Assembly: GCA_016432445.1 (NCBI GenBank)
Contig: CP066689.1
Span: 420,001-452,000 of the forward strand
Source of the DNA: Candidatus Saccharimonadota bacterium
GTDB lineage: Bacteria; Patescibacteriota; Microgenomatia; UBA1406; GWC2-37-13
Direction of reading: 5' to 3'
DNA: 32,000 nucleotides
Each line of letters opens with the position of its first letter. The stretch's first letter is position 1. Below, in pieces: positions 24,100 to 32,000 of the stretch. The translations under genes were made by a program, and so were the position numbers. A model generated the notes under the pieces. The model searched no databases and was not told the DNA's origin. It saw only the letters and a program-made list of their open reading frames with translations.

Positions 24100-26373
24100 A
24101 TGGTTAAAAAAAGAAAAAAAATAAAACCAGTAAATAAGAATTTTACTAAGATTTTCCTTATTTTCTATAAGGTCATTTACAGTTTTATCCTTTTTTTTAT
24201 AGTTACCGGAGATATTGTTAGATATCCTATTGGGAAATTAAATTTAAGAAAGATTTTCTTAACAGCTGCAATTTATATAATTATTATTTTGAAGAATTTT
24301 ATACTTAAAACAGCTGATCTTAAAAATAAATGCAAAAACAATTTTTTAATATTATTCAGAAGACTGCCAAAAAAAAGAGTGAAAATAAAACTGCCTCAGT
24401 TTATAACTCCACTGAAATATTTTGTATTAGGGATTTTCTTTACAATGAGCGTAATGGTAATAATACAGGGATATGCTTTTGCTAAATCTCTTCCTAATCC
24501 AAAAAGAATAGGTACTGTAAATTATTCTTTAACAACTCATATCTATGACCGTAATAAGAAACTTTTATATGAAATATATCGGGATGAAAATCGCACGCAG
24601 GTTAAATTAAAGGAACTGGCAGATTATGTACGAACTGCAGCAATTGCCATAGAAGATAAAGATTTTTATAAACATAATGGCATATCTTTAATTTCAGGCA
24701 TATTAAGATCAATTAAAGATATGGTAATAAGTCATAATCTGCAGGGAGGATCAACACTAACGCAACAGTTAGTTAAAAGTGCCTTGCTATCGCCTGAAAG
24801 AACAATTCAAAGAAAGATTAAAGAAATAATCTTAGCCTTATGGACAGAGAGATTATTTACCAAAGACGAAATATTGGAGATGTATTTGAATCAGGTGCCT
24901 TATGGAGGACTAGCCTATGGAGTCGAGGAGGCATCTAAAACATATTTAAAAAAACAGGCTAAGGATTTGAGTTTGGCAGAAGCTGCACTTTTGGCCGGCC
25001 TTCCGCAAGCTCCTTCACTTTATTCACCATATACAAATCCAGAGGCAGCAAAATCAAGGAGAGATGAAGTTTTAAGAAAAATGAAAGAACAGAAATTTAT
25101 TACAGAAATCCAATGGAGAAACGCTATTAGTGAACCTATAAGTATTAGTCCTCCAAGAACTATGATTAAAGCTCCGCATTTTGTTTTTTACGTCAAACAG
25201 GAGTTAGAGGATAAATATGGCACAGAACAGGTTGAAAAAGGAGGACTTAAGGTTACAACTACCCTTGATTTGGATATACAAAATGAGGCTGAAAAAATAT
25301 TGAGAGAAGAGCTAGATAAAATCAAAAATTTAAATGTGACTAATGGAGCTGTTTTAGTCACCCGCCCCTCAACTGGAGAAATATTGGCAATGGTTGGGTC
25401 TGCGGATTATTTTGCTCCCCCTTCAGGAGCATTTAATGTCTCAACAGCTTTAAGACAGCCGGGAAGTTCGATTAAGCCCCTTATGTATTCTTTAGCTCTT
25501 GATTCCGGGTTTACAGCTGCCTCAGTCATTGATGATACGCCGATTACCTTTGCCTCAGCAGACGGCCAAGCTTACAGCCCCTTAAATTATGATGGAAGGT
25601 TTCATGGAAGAATACCACTGCGCTATGCCCTAGCCAATTCCTACAATGTTCCGGCAGTAAAGGTATTAAATGCAGTTGGAGTAGAGAGATTTATTACACG
25701 GGCCCGCAATATGGGTATTAACAGCTGGGAAGACACTTCCCGTTTTGGTCTTTCTTTGACTTTGGGTGGAGGTGAGGTGAAGATGATTGAACTCGCTAAT
25801 TCTTACGCAGTTTTAGCCAATAACGGATTTAAGACTAATATTAACAGCATTTTAAATCTTGAAAACTCAATGGGTGAAAACTTGTATAAGCTAAGAGCGG
25901 AAATGGCAAAAGTTATAGAACAAGGAAATGCTTATATAATTTCGGATATTTTATCGGATAATGTTGCCCGCCAATGGGCTTTTGGACCAAAGTCTTATCT
26001 TGAGATACCAGGTTACAAAGTGGCTGTTAAAACAGGAACAACCGATAGCAAAAAAGACAACTGGACAATAGGTTATACTCCTGATATTTTGGTTGCAGTA
26101 TGGGTTGGCAATAATGACGGAAGTCCTATGGATCCTTATTTATCATCAGGCATAACCGGTGCGGCGCCAATTTGGAACAGAGTTATGAATTATGTCTTAC
26201 CAAAATATGGAAACAAAAATAGCTGGTATAGCAGGCCGTCTAATGTTTTGGAAAAGTCATGTTATTTTGGAAAAAAAGAATACTTTTTGAAAGGAACTGA
26301 AGCCAGTGTTTACTGCGGGCAAAAAATTCTCGAAAGCACCAATCCCTCCACTCAACCCCCTCCATATAATTAA
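24100..26373 (+). CDS. bifunctional class A penicillin-binding protein (PBP1A-type transglycosylase/transpeptidase)
   Basis: GT51 motifs AIEDKDFYKHNGI, GGSTLTQQL and RKIKE. Transpeptidase motifs SSIKP, SYN and KTGTT. Confidence 0.9.
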   Translation: MVKKRKKIKPVNKNFTKIFLIFYKVIYSFILFFIVTGDIVRYPIGKLNLRKIFLTAAIYIIIILKNFILKTADLKNKCKNNFLILFRRLPKKRVKIKLPQFITPLKYFVLGIFFTMSVMVIIQGYAFAKSLPNPKRIGTVNYSLTTHIYDRNKKLLYEIYRDENRTQVKLKELADYVRTAAIAIEDKDFYKHNGISLISGILRSIKDMVISHNLQGGSTLTQQLVKSALLSPERTIQRKIKEIILALWTERLFTKDEILEMYLNQVPYGGLAYGVEEASKTYLKKQAKDLSLAEAALLAGLPQAPSLYSPYTNPEAAKSRRDEVLRKMKEQKFITEIQWRNAISEPISISPPRTMIKAPHFVFYVKQELEDKYGTEQVEKGGLKVTTTLDLDIQNEAEKILREELDKIKNLNVTNGAVLVTRPSTGEILAMVGSADYFAPPSGAFNVSTALRQPGSSIKPLMYSLALDSGFTAASVIDDTPITFASADGQAYSPLNYDGRFHGRIPLRYALANSYNVPAVKVLNAVGVERFITRARNMGINSWEDTSRFGLSLTLGGGEVKMIELANSYAVLANNGFKTNINSILNLENSMGENLYKLRAEMAKVIEQGNAYIISDILSDNVARQWAFGPKSYLEIPGYKVAVKTGTTDSKKDNWTIGYTPDILVAVWVGNNDGSPMDPYLSSGITGAAPIWNRVMNYVLPKYGNKNSWYSRPSNVLEKSCYFGKKEYFLKGTEASVYCGQKILESTNPSTQPPPYN

Positions 26374-26405
26374 TGTGAATATTTTTTCCTGATATAATAA
26401 ATTTT

Positions 26406-27332
26406 ATGGATATTTTGGAAGTTCACAATTTGACAAAAAATTTCGGCAACTTTACTGCCGTTGATAATATCTCTTTCTCATTAAGAGAGGGTGAGATACT
26501 GGGGATTTTGGGTCAAAACGGAGCCGGAAAAACTACAACTATCCAAATGCTTCTTGGTGTATTAAGACCTTCTTCTGGCACTATTAATTATTTCGGAAAA
26601 GATTTACAGAATAATAGGGAAGAAATTTTGGAGGAAGTAAATTTCTCTTCAGCTTACACTAATTTACCTTGGAATTTAACTGTTAAAGAAAATTTAACTT
26701 ATATATCTTATCTTTATGATATAAAAAACAGGGTGGAAAGAATAAAAAGAATAGTTGAAGTATTTAGACTATACGAAATATTTAATAAACAAATAAGAAG
26801 CTTATCGGCAGGTCAGATAACAAGAGTTAACTTAGCGAAAGCTTTTATTAATTTTCCAAAAGTTTTGCTTTTGGATGAGCCTACAGCATCTTTGGATCCC
26901 GAAGTCGCAAAACACATTAGAGATTTTCTAATGGAAGAAAGAAAAAAATTCCAAGTTTCAATCATTATTACTTCTCATAATATGGTAGAGGTTGAAGAGA
27001 TTTGTGACCGGGTGTTGTTTATCGATAAGGGAAAAATTATTGCTGATGATACTCCAGATAATTTAGCCAAAACGATCGAGATTTGTCATGTTAACCTTCT
27101 AATTAAAGATGGTCTTAAGAGGCTCGAAGATTATTGCGAAGAGCAGTCTCTTGCTTTTAAAATTGACGCTAGGCACATTATTGTTGATGTTAAAGAAAAA
27201 AAACTTGGAAGTTTTCTTATAGAGATTACTAATAGTGGAATTATTTACGATGAAATATCGATTGATAAACCAACACTTGAAGATTATTTTTTAGGAAAAA
27301 TAAAAATTACTCAAAAACATGAAAATACATAG
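26406..27332 (+). CDS. ABC transporter ATP-binding protein
   Basis: Walker A GQNGAGKTT, signature LSAGQ, Walker B LLLDEP. Confidence 0.9.
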   Translation: MDILEVHNLTKNFGNFTAVDNISFSLREGEILGILGQNGAGKTTTIQMLLGVLRPSSGTINYFGKDLQNNREEILEEVNFSSAYTNLPWNLTVKENLTYISYLYDIKNRVERIKRIVEVFRLYEIFNKQIRSLSAGQITRVNLAKAFINFPKVLLLDEPTASLDPEVAKHIRDFLMEERKKFQVSIIITSHNMVEVEEICDRVLFIDKGKIIADDTPDNLAKTIEICHVNLLIKDGLKRLEDYCEEQSLAFKIDARHIIVDVKEKKLGSFLIEITNSGIIYDEISIDKPTLEDYFLGKIKITQKHENT

Positions 27333-28107
27333 AATATACGGAATTTCATTAAGATATCTTTTTTATTTTAGGCACAGCTTAGATCGATTGAGCGATGTAT
27401 TTTATTGGCCGACTATTGATTTATTGCTTTGGGGATTGACGAGCTTATATTTTAGGTCCCAATTAACTACGAATGCAAACTTTATTGTTTTTTCCATTAT
27501 TTCAGGAATTATTTTTTGGATAATAGTTTGGAGAGGTCAATATGAGATTACTGTAAATATTTTAAGCGAATTGTGGGACAGAAATTTGATTAATATCTTT
27601 GCTTCGCCATTGAAATTTTCTGAATGGATTATTTCATTTGTTATTTTAGGAGTGATTAAAGCTATGATTAGTTTTGTTTTTGCATCTGCGATTGCCTATT
27701 TGCTTTATAAACTTCAGATTTTTGCTTATGGCGTATATTTGATTCCTTTTATTTTGCTTCTTATTATGACTGGTTGGGCTGTTGGTTTTTTCGTTGCTGG
27801 GATCATCCTAAGATTTGGATCAAAATTTCAGTCTTTAGCCTGGGCATTTGTTATGGTTTTTGCCCCTTTTTCCGCAATTTATTATCCTGTATCAATTCTT
27901 CCTGATTGGGCTCAAAGAATCTCATCCTTAATTCCTTCAACGTATATTTTTGAGGGAGTAAGAGAAGTGCTTAAAACAGGGAATTTAGATTTGAACAAAA
28001 TCTATTTAAGTCTATTGCTTAATGTTATTTATTTAGCATTATCTCTCTGGTATCTAAGAAATAGTTTTAATAAAGTTCTTGATAATGGTTTAGTTAAAGT
28101 AGATTGA
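27319..28107 (+). CDS. ABC-2 type transporter permease
   Basis: Six TM helices. The start overlaps the ATPase gene by 14 nt, indicating an operon. Confidence 0.8.
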   Translation: MKIHRIYGISLRYLFYFRHSLDRLSDVFYWPTIDLLLWGLTSLYFRSQLTTNANFIVFSIISGIIFWIIVWRGQYEITVNILSELWDRNLINIFASPLKFSEWIISFVILGVIKAMISFVFASAIAYLLYKLQIFAYGVYLIPFILLLIMTGWAVGFFVAGIILRFGSKFQSLAWAFVMVFAPFSAIYYPVSILPDWAQRISSLIPSTYIFEGVREVLKTGNLDLNKIYLSLLLNVIYLALSLWYLRNSFNKVLDNGLVKVD

Positions 28108-29358
28108 TTATTTTCTTCTTATTTCCTTAAATCCGGTTAGTGATTGAAGGGCGTCGGGGATTTGGACTGAGCCGTCTTTTTGCTGATAATTTTCAAGAAT
28201 GGCAATTAAGATTCGAGGTGATGCTAGAGCAGTATTATTAAATGAGTAACAATACTTAGTTTTTCCTTCATGATTCCGGTATTTGATATTTAATCTTCTG
28301 GTTTGAAAATCACCCATTATTGAGTTGGACATAGTCTCTCCGTAGGCGTTTCGCGATGGCATCCAGGTTTCGACGTCATATTTTTTAATTTGCGGTTCAC
28401 CCATATCTCCGGTTGACATCAACATCACATGATAGGGGAGTTTAAGATCTTGTAAAATTTCTTCGGCGTTTTGTTCTAACTCTTCATGAAGTTTTTTGGC
28501 TTCTACCAAATTATTATTTCCGATAATTACCTGTTCTATTTTCCAAAATTCATGAACCCGGTAAAGCCCTTTAGTGTCTTTTCCATAAGAGCCGATTTCC
28601 TTTCTAAAACAAGGGGATAGAGCAACGAATTTTTTGGGTAGATCTTTTTCACTTAATATTTCACCGGAATGATAAGCGGTGACTGGTACTTCAGCAGTGC
28701 CCGCAAGATATGCATCATCATCATTTAATTTATATACCTCAACTTCTCCCCATGGAAACTGACCTGAACCAAAAAGGGTAAAGGCTTTAACGATCGCCGG
28801 GGCAATCATTGGGGTATAGCCTTTTTTAGTCAGCTTTTGAAAAACGTAGAATAATAAAGCAACGTGTAAAATAGCCAGTTCATTTTTCAAAAAATATCCG
28901 CGGTAGCCTGATACTTTGACTCCCCGTTCAAGATCAATAACATCAAGATCAGTCCCAAGTTCTATGTGAGACTTAGGAGTGAAATCAAATTGCGTGGCCT
29001 CTCCCCATTTTTTAATTTCAATATTTGCGGAAGCATCGGGACCTACGGGTACTTCATCAAGCGGGACATTGGGGACATAAGAAAGAAGAGTGTTTAATTC
29101 TTTTTCGGTCTCGTCAAGTTTTTGTTCAAGATATTTCAACTCATTTTTGATATCTTTTCCTCTTTGAATATGTTTTTCATCTACAGGTTGTTTTGCTAAA
29201 AGATTTCTTTCTTCTCGCAATTCCTGAATTCTGTGAATCAATTCTTTTCTGATATCGTCTTTTGCTAATATCTGTTCAATATTTACTTCGCGGTTTTTGT
29301 TTTTGGCCGCTTCAATCACTTTTTCCTTATTGTTTCGAATGTAATCGATGGATAACAT
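28108..29358 (-). CDS. serS: seryl-tRNA synthetase
   Basis: N-terminal coiled coil (MLSIDYIRNN...) and class II core (FRKE, YRVHEF, GDMG, NNTALASPR). ATG at 29358 is preferred to the GTG at 29373. Confidence 0.9.
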   Translation of the reverse strand: MLSIDYIRNNKEKVIEAAKNKNREVNIEQILAKDDIRKELIHRIQELREERNLLAKQPVDEKHIQRGKDIKNELKYLEQKLDETEKELNTLLSYVPNVPLDEVPVGPDASANIEIKKWGEATQFDFTPKSHIELGTDLDVIDLERGVKVSGYRGYFLKNELAILHVALLFYVFQKLTKKGYTPMIAPAIVKAFTLFGSGQFPWGEVEVYKLNDDDAYLAGTAEVPVTAYHSGEILSEKDLPKKFVALSPCFRKEIGSYGKDTKGLYRVHEFWKIEQVIIGNNNLVEAKKLHEELEQNAEEILQDLKLPYHVMLMSTGDMGEPQIKKYDVETWMPSRNAYGETMSNSIMGDFQTRRLNIKYRNHEGKTKYCYSFNNTALASPRILIAILENYQQKDGSVQIPDALQSLTGFKEIRRK

Positions 29359-29366
29359 ATGGTTAT

Positions 29367-29478
29367 AAAACACCTCCCCAGGTACTGTCCAGTACCTGGT
29401 ACTCCTCTTATGAAGAGGAGAATTTCAATCCCCACTTTTAAGAGGGGTGTCCCGGCGAAGCCGAGGACGGGGTGTTTT
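29367..29478 (-). other. GC-rich multi-hairpin element between rdgB and serS (structured RNA or repeat cluster)
   Basis: Closing helix AAAACACC (29367-29374) / GGTGTTTT (29471-29478). It encloses four hairpins at 29378-29399, 29402-29420, 29430-29447 and 29449-29468. Confidence 0.5.
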
Positions 29479-29480
29479 AA

Positions 29481-30128
29481 TTATTCTATCAGATAATTAT
29501 TTATTTTTACTATTAATCGTTTTAAAGCTAGCAACCGGTGATTTACTTGTTCATGTTCTTTCTCATTAAGATCATCATAGTATTTTTGAAATTTTTCCAC
29601 AATAAAAAGTCCTCGGTAAGGATAACCGGGTGTCCATTTATTACTAGGTTTATCAGCGATGCGGCCTTTTATTTTTTCTGTTTCTGAAACTGAAGTTCGG
29701 CTTGCGGGATCATAAAAAGTAATTACTGTTTCCAAATAAGCAGTTCTTTTTTCCTCAGGAATTCCTTGAAGTTTCTTTAAAGTAAAATCAATAAGTTCTT
29801 GGTCTTTAGCTTCATGTCCCAACCAACGGTTTGATTTGACTCCCGGTTCTCCGTTTAATATATCAATAGTTAATCCGCCATCATCAGCAAGAATGTAGGG
29901 ACAGCACATTGTGCTGTCCGTACAAAGTCTGGCATAGTATTTTGCTTTAAGAAGGGAGTTTTCCTCAAAAGTTTTGCCTGTTTCTTCCGGTTGAGAAGTA
30001 ATATTTAAATCGAACAGGGATAATAATTCAATATGTATTGTAGGGACAGGTCGCGACCTGTCCTTACAATAATTTGAGATTTCTTTTAATTTTGAAGGAT
30101 TATGAGTGGCGATAAGAAGAGTGTTCAT
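29481..30128 (-). CDS. rdgB: dITP/XTP pyrophosphatase (RdgB/HAM1 family)
   Basis: ATG at 30128 (MNTLLIATHNPSKLKEI). Motifs EETGKTFEEN, ADDGGL and GYPYRGLF. The track ORF's 5' extension overlaps guaA. Confidence 0.85.
   Translation of the reverse strand: MNTLLIATHNPSKLKEISNYCKDRSRPVPTIHIELLSLFDLNITSQPEETGKTFEENSLLKAKYYARLCTDSTMCCPYILADDGGLTIDILNGEPGVKSNRWLGHEAKDQELIDFTLKKLQGIPEEKRTAYLETVITFYDPASRTSVSETEKIKGRIADKPSNKWTPGYPYRGLFIVEKFQKYYDDLNEKEHEQVNHRLLALKRLIVKINNYLIE
29894..29924. repeat. palindromic element inserted in frame in rdgB (copy 1)
   Basis: Sequence TGTAG-GGACAGCACA-T-TGTGCTGTCC-G-TACA, with 10-bp arms at 29899-29908 and 29910-29919. Confidence 0.7.
30038..30069. repeat. palindromic element inserted in frame in rdgB (copy 2)
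   Basis: Sequence TTGTAG-GGACAGGTCGCGACCTGTCC-TTACAA, containing a perfect 20-bp palindrome at 30044-30063. Confidence 0.7.
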
Positions 30129-30132
30129 TGGA

Positions 30133-31695
30133 TTATTCCCATTCCATTGTTGCCGGAGGTTTATTAGTAATATCATAAACCACGCGGTTAACTTCACGCA
30201 CTTCGTTAACAATTCTTGTGCTGATTTTGTCAATAAGATCATAAGGAAGCCGCGCCCAGTGAGCTGACATAGCATCCTTGGCATCAATTACTCTTATGGC
30301 GATAGTTTCTCCGTAGACCCGGTTGTCACCTCTAACTCCAGTTGTTTTAATGCCGGTAAAGACGGCGAAAGCTTGCCAAAGTTTATTGGTTAATTTTTCT
30401 TTTTCAATTTCTTGGCTTATGATAGCATCAGCCTTTTTTAAAATTTTCAATTTTTTTTCGGTTACCTCGCCTATTATTCTTATTGCCAGTCCAGGACCTG
30501 GAAAAGGCTGACGGAGATTAATTTCTTCAGGAAGATTTAATACATTACCAATTATCCTTACTTCGTCTTTATAAAATGCGCGTAAAGGTTCAACTAATGT
30601 AAGCTTCATATTTTTAGGTAGTCCGCCTACATTGTGATGGCTCTTTATTTTTTGACTATGCTTGCCAGCGTCCCCCTTCGCTAAAGCTTCGGAGGGACTC
30701 CGCGATGCTCCGCTTTCTATGACATCAGGATAAATTGTTCCTTGGATAAAATATTTGGCGCCCACTTTTTTGGCTTCTTTTTCAAAAACTTGGATAAAAG
30801 TTTTACCGATAATTTTTCTTTTCCGTTCAGGATCAGTTACGCCTTTTAGATTTTTAAGGAAGATATTTTTAGCGTTGACGATTTTAACATTCATATGATA
30901 ATGTTCTTTGAAAGTTTTTCTTAATGATGCAGTTTCATTAAGTCTCATCAGACCTGAGTCAATATAAATTGAAGTTAAGTTTTTACCAATAGCTTTATGA
31001 ACCAGTAAAGATGAAATTGAAGAATCAACTCCTCCAGATAAAGCGCTAATTGCTATTCCATCTTTAATAGAATCTTTTATATCCGCGATTAAGTTATTTA
31101 CAAACTCTTGATCAATGGTTTGTTTTTTAATTGAAATATTACAAATTGTCAGAAAATTTTTCAAAATTTGCTCTCCAAATTGGGTGTGAATAACTTCGGG
31201 GTGAAATTGGACTCCATAAATTTTTCTTTTTTCGCAAGCAATTGCCGCGCAAGGAATAGTTAAAGTTTTTGCACTAATTTCAAAACCTAATGGTAGGGTA
31301 ACAACTTCATCTCCATGTGACATCCAGACACTAAAAGTTTCAGGGGTTGAGAGTAAAAGGGTTGAGGGTTTTATAATTTTTAATTCTGCTGGGCCGTATT
31401 CTTTTCTTTTACCAGGAATAACTTCGCCTCCTAATAATTGAGCGATGAGTTGCTGTCCATAACATATGCCAAGCACTGGGATTCCAACATCAAATATTTT
31501 TTTATCAATTGTTGGGTCATCTTTTTGGTAAACACTTCCTGGTCCTCCTGAGAGGATAATTCCCTTACATGAGGAGTGATTAATTTTTTTAAGAGCTTCT
31601 TCAGGCTCAATGATAATTGATTTGGCGCCAAGCTCTCTTAATCTTCTTGAGATAAGGTGAGTAGTCTGCGATCCGAAGTCAATAATTAATATCAT
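30133..31695 (-). CDS. guaA: GMP synthase (glutamine-hydrolysing)
   Basis: GATase domain (GICYGQQ, HPE), ATP-PPase SGGVDSS, KSHHNVGGLP and C-terminal PPATMEWE. Confidence 0.92.
   Translation of the reverse strand: MILIIDFGSQTTHLISRRLRELGAKSIIIEPEEALKKINHSSCKGIILSGGPGSVYQKDDPTIDKKIFDVGIPVLGICYGQQLIAQLLGGEVIPGKRKEYGPAELKIIKPSTLLLSTPETFSVWMSHGDEVVTLPLGFEISAKTLTIPCAAIACEKRKIYGVQFHPEVIHTQFGEQILKNFLTICNISIKKQTIDQEFVNNLIADIKDSIKDGIAISALSGGVDSSISSLLVHKAIGKNLTSIYIDSGLMRLNETASLRKTFKEHYHMNVKIVNAKNIFLKNLKGVTDPERKRKIIGKTFIQVFEKEAKKVGAKYFIQGTIYPDVIESGASRSPSEALAKGDAGKHSQKIKSHHNVGGLPKNMKLTLVEPLRAFYKDEVRIIGNVLNLPEEINLRQPFPGPGLAIRIIGEVTEKKLKILKKADAIISQEIEKEKLTNKLWQAFAVFTGIKTTGVRGDNRVYGETIAIRVIDAKDAMSAHWARLPYDLIDKISTRIVNEVREVNRVVYDITNKPPATMEWE
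30664..30715. repeat. GC-rich insertion in frame in guaA
   Basis: GTCCCCC (30670-30676) ... GAGGGAC (30692-30698) with internal CTTCG direct repeats. It encodes SRSPSEALAKGD between the conserved VIES and IKSHHN segments. Confidence 0.55.
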
Positions 31696-32000
31696 ATAGC
31701 TGTTACAATGCCTGCCATCTCTACTTTACCTCCGCAATATTTTTGAATAATCTCAATAGTCTCTTTTAAATTTTTTTCAACGTAAGATCGATCAATCCCG
31801 TAAACGCCGTCAATATTAACCAATAAGTTTTTTGTATTTTCAGTAACAGCTGTTCTTTGAGCATCACGATAATTAAAGTCAATATTATATCCGCCTTGCT
31901 GGTCAAAGTAGGCAGCTTCTCCTTTTTTATATTGAGTTGGTTCTTTATCTCCTAAAAGCAAAATTTCTTCGCCTGTCTTGGCAAAGCGAAGTTCTGTTGG
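31692..32000 (-). CDS. hypothetical protein, C-terminal part (5' end outside window)
   Basis: Frame is open to the window edge (PTELRFAKTGEEILLLGDKEP...). The stop overlaps the guaA start (ATGA). No family was recognised. Confidence 0.5.
   Translation of the reverse strand, partial: PTELRFAKTGEEILLLGDKEPTQYKKGEAAYFDQQGGYNIDFNYRDAQRTAVTENTKNLLVNIDGVYGIDRSYVEKNLKETIEIIQKYCGGKVEMAGIVTAI

Noticed and set aside
29367-29478. T-box leader upstream of serS
   Set aside because: At about 112 nt it is too short. It has no specifier-loop/antiterminator layout and no AGGGUGGNACCGCG-like T-box sequence.
1972-31631. Antisense or overlapping small ORFs within host genes (1972-2217, 6230-6415, 7134-7328, 9936-10136, 14879-15106, 15473-15685, 15858-16073, 17448-17684, 17482-17841, 18344-18556, 19174-19425, 21838-22332, 30323-30511, 31431-31631)
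   Set aside because: Each lies wholly or mostly inside a longer ORF with clear family motifs on the other strand or in another frame. None has independent support.
1-32000. rRNA, tRNA, tmRNA, RNase P or other canonical RNA genes
   Set aside because: The intergenic regions are short. None shows cloverleaf-like or otherwise recognisable conserved RNA sequence by eye. A tRNAscan/Infernal run would be needed to be certain.

Overview
This is an AT-rich bacterial chromosome segment. Spot G+C counts in host lines are 18/60 and 22/60. Recognisable housekeeping genes are tpiA, a UvrD/PcrA helicase, typA/bipA, a cyclophilin, serS, rdgB and guaA. There is also a large set of cell-envelope genes: LCP, CAP-domain, SLT, VanW, LysM, PBP1A, a sortase with two LPXTG-like substrates, and an ABC-2 exporter. 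Gene style (compact spacing, TM-anchored T/P-rich surface proteins, start codons 5-7 nt after -10 boxes with no Shine-Dalgarno) suggests a CPR/Patescibacteria-type organism; this is inference only. The main finding is a compositionally foreign island of about 2.8 kb at 10393-13205 on the minus strand, lying between a thioredoxin/NHL gene and typA. Spot counts there are 30/60 and 32/60 G+C. The island consists of three head-to-tail cassettes. Each cassette has an identical 18-nt box fused to a sigma70-type promoter, a conserved leader of about 150 nt whose helices covary, 2-3 small ORFs with strong AAGGAG(G) ribosome-binding sites, and a long three-helix intrinsic terminator. I cannot place any of the seven encoded proteins in a named family. 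They are two paralogous 3-TM proteins, four beta-rich proteins of 61-87 aa, and one 139-aa Cys/His protein with an HxxxCxxC motif. In each cassette a leader motif is also complementary to the sequence overlapping the last stop codon. Secondary observations: short GC-rich palindromic elements inserted in frame into pcrA, rdgB (twice) and guaA; a multi-hairpin GC-rich element upstream of serS; and apparently widespread leaderless initiation in the host genes. No rRNA, tRNA, CRISPR array, integrase or transposase was seen.
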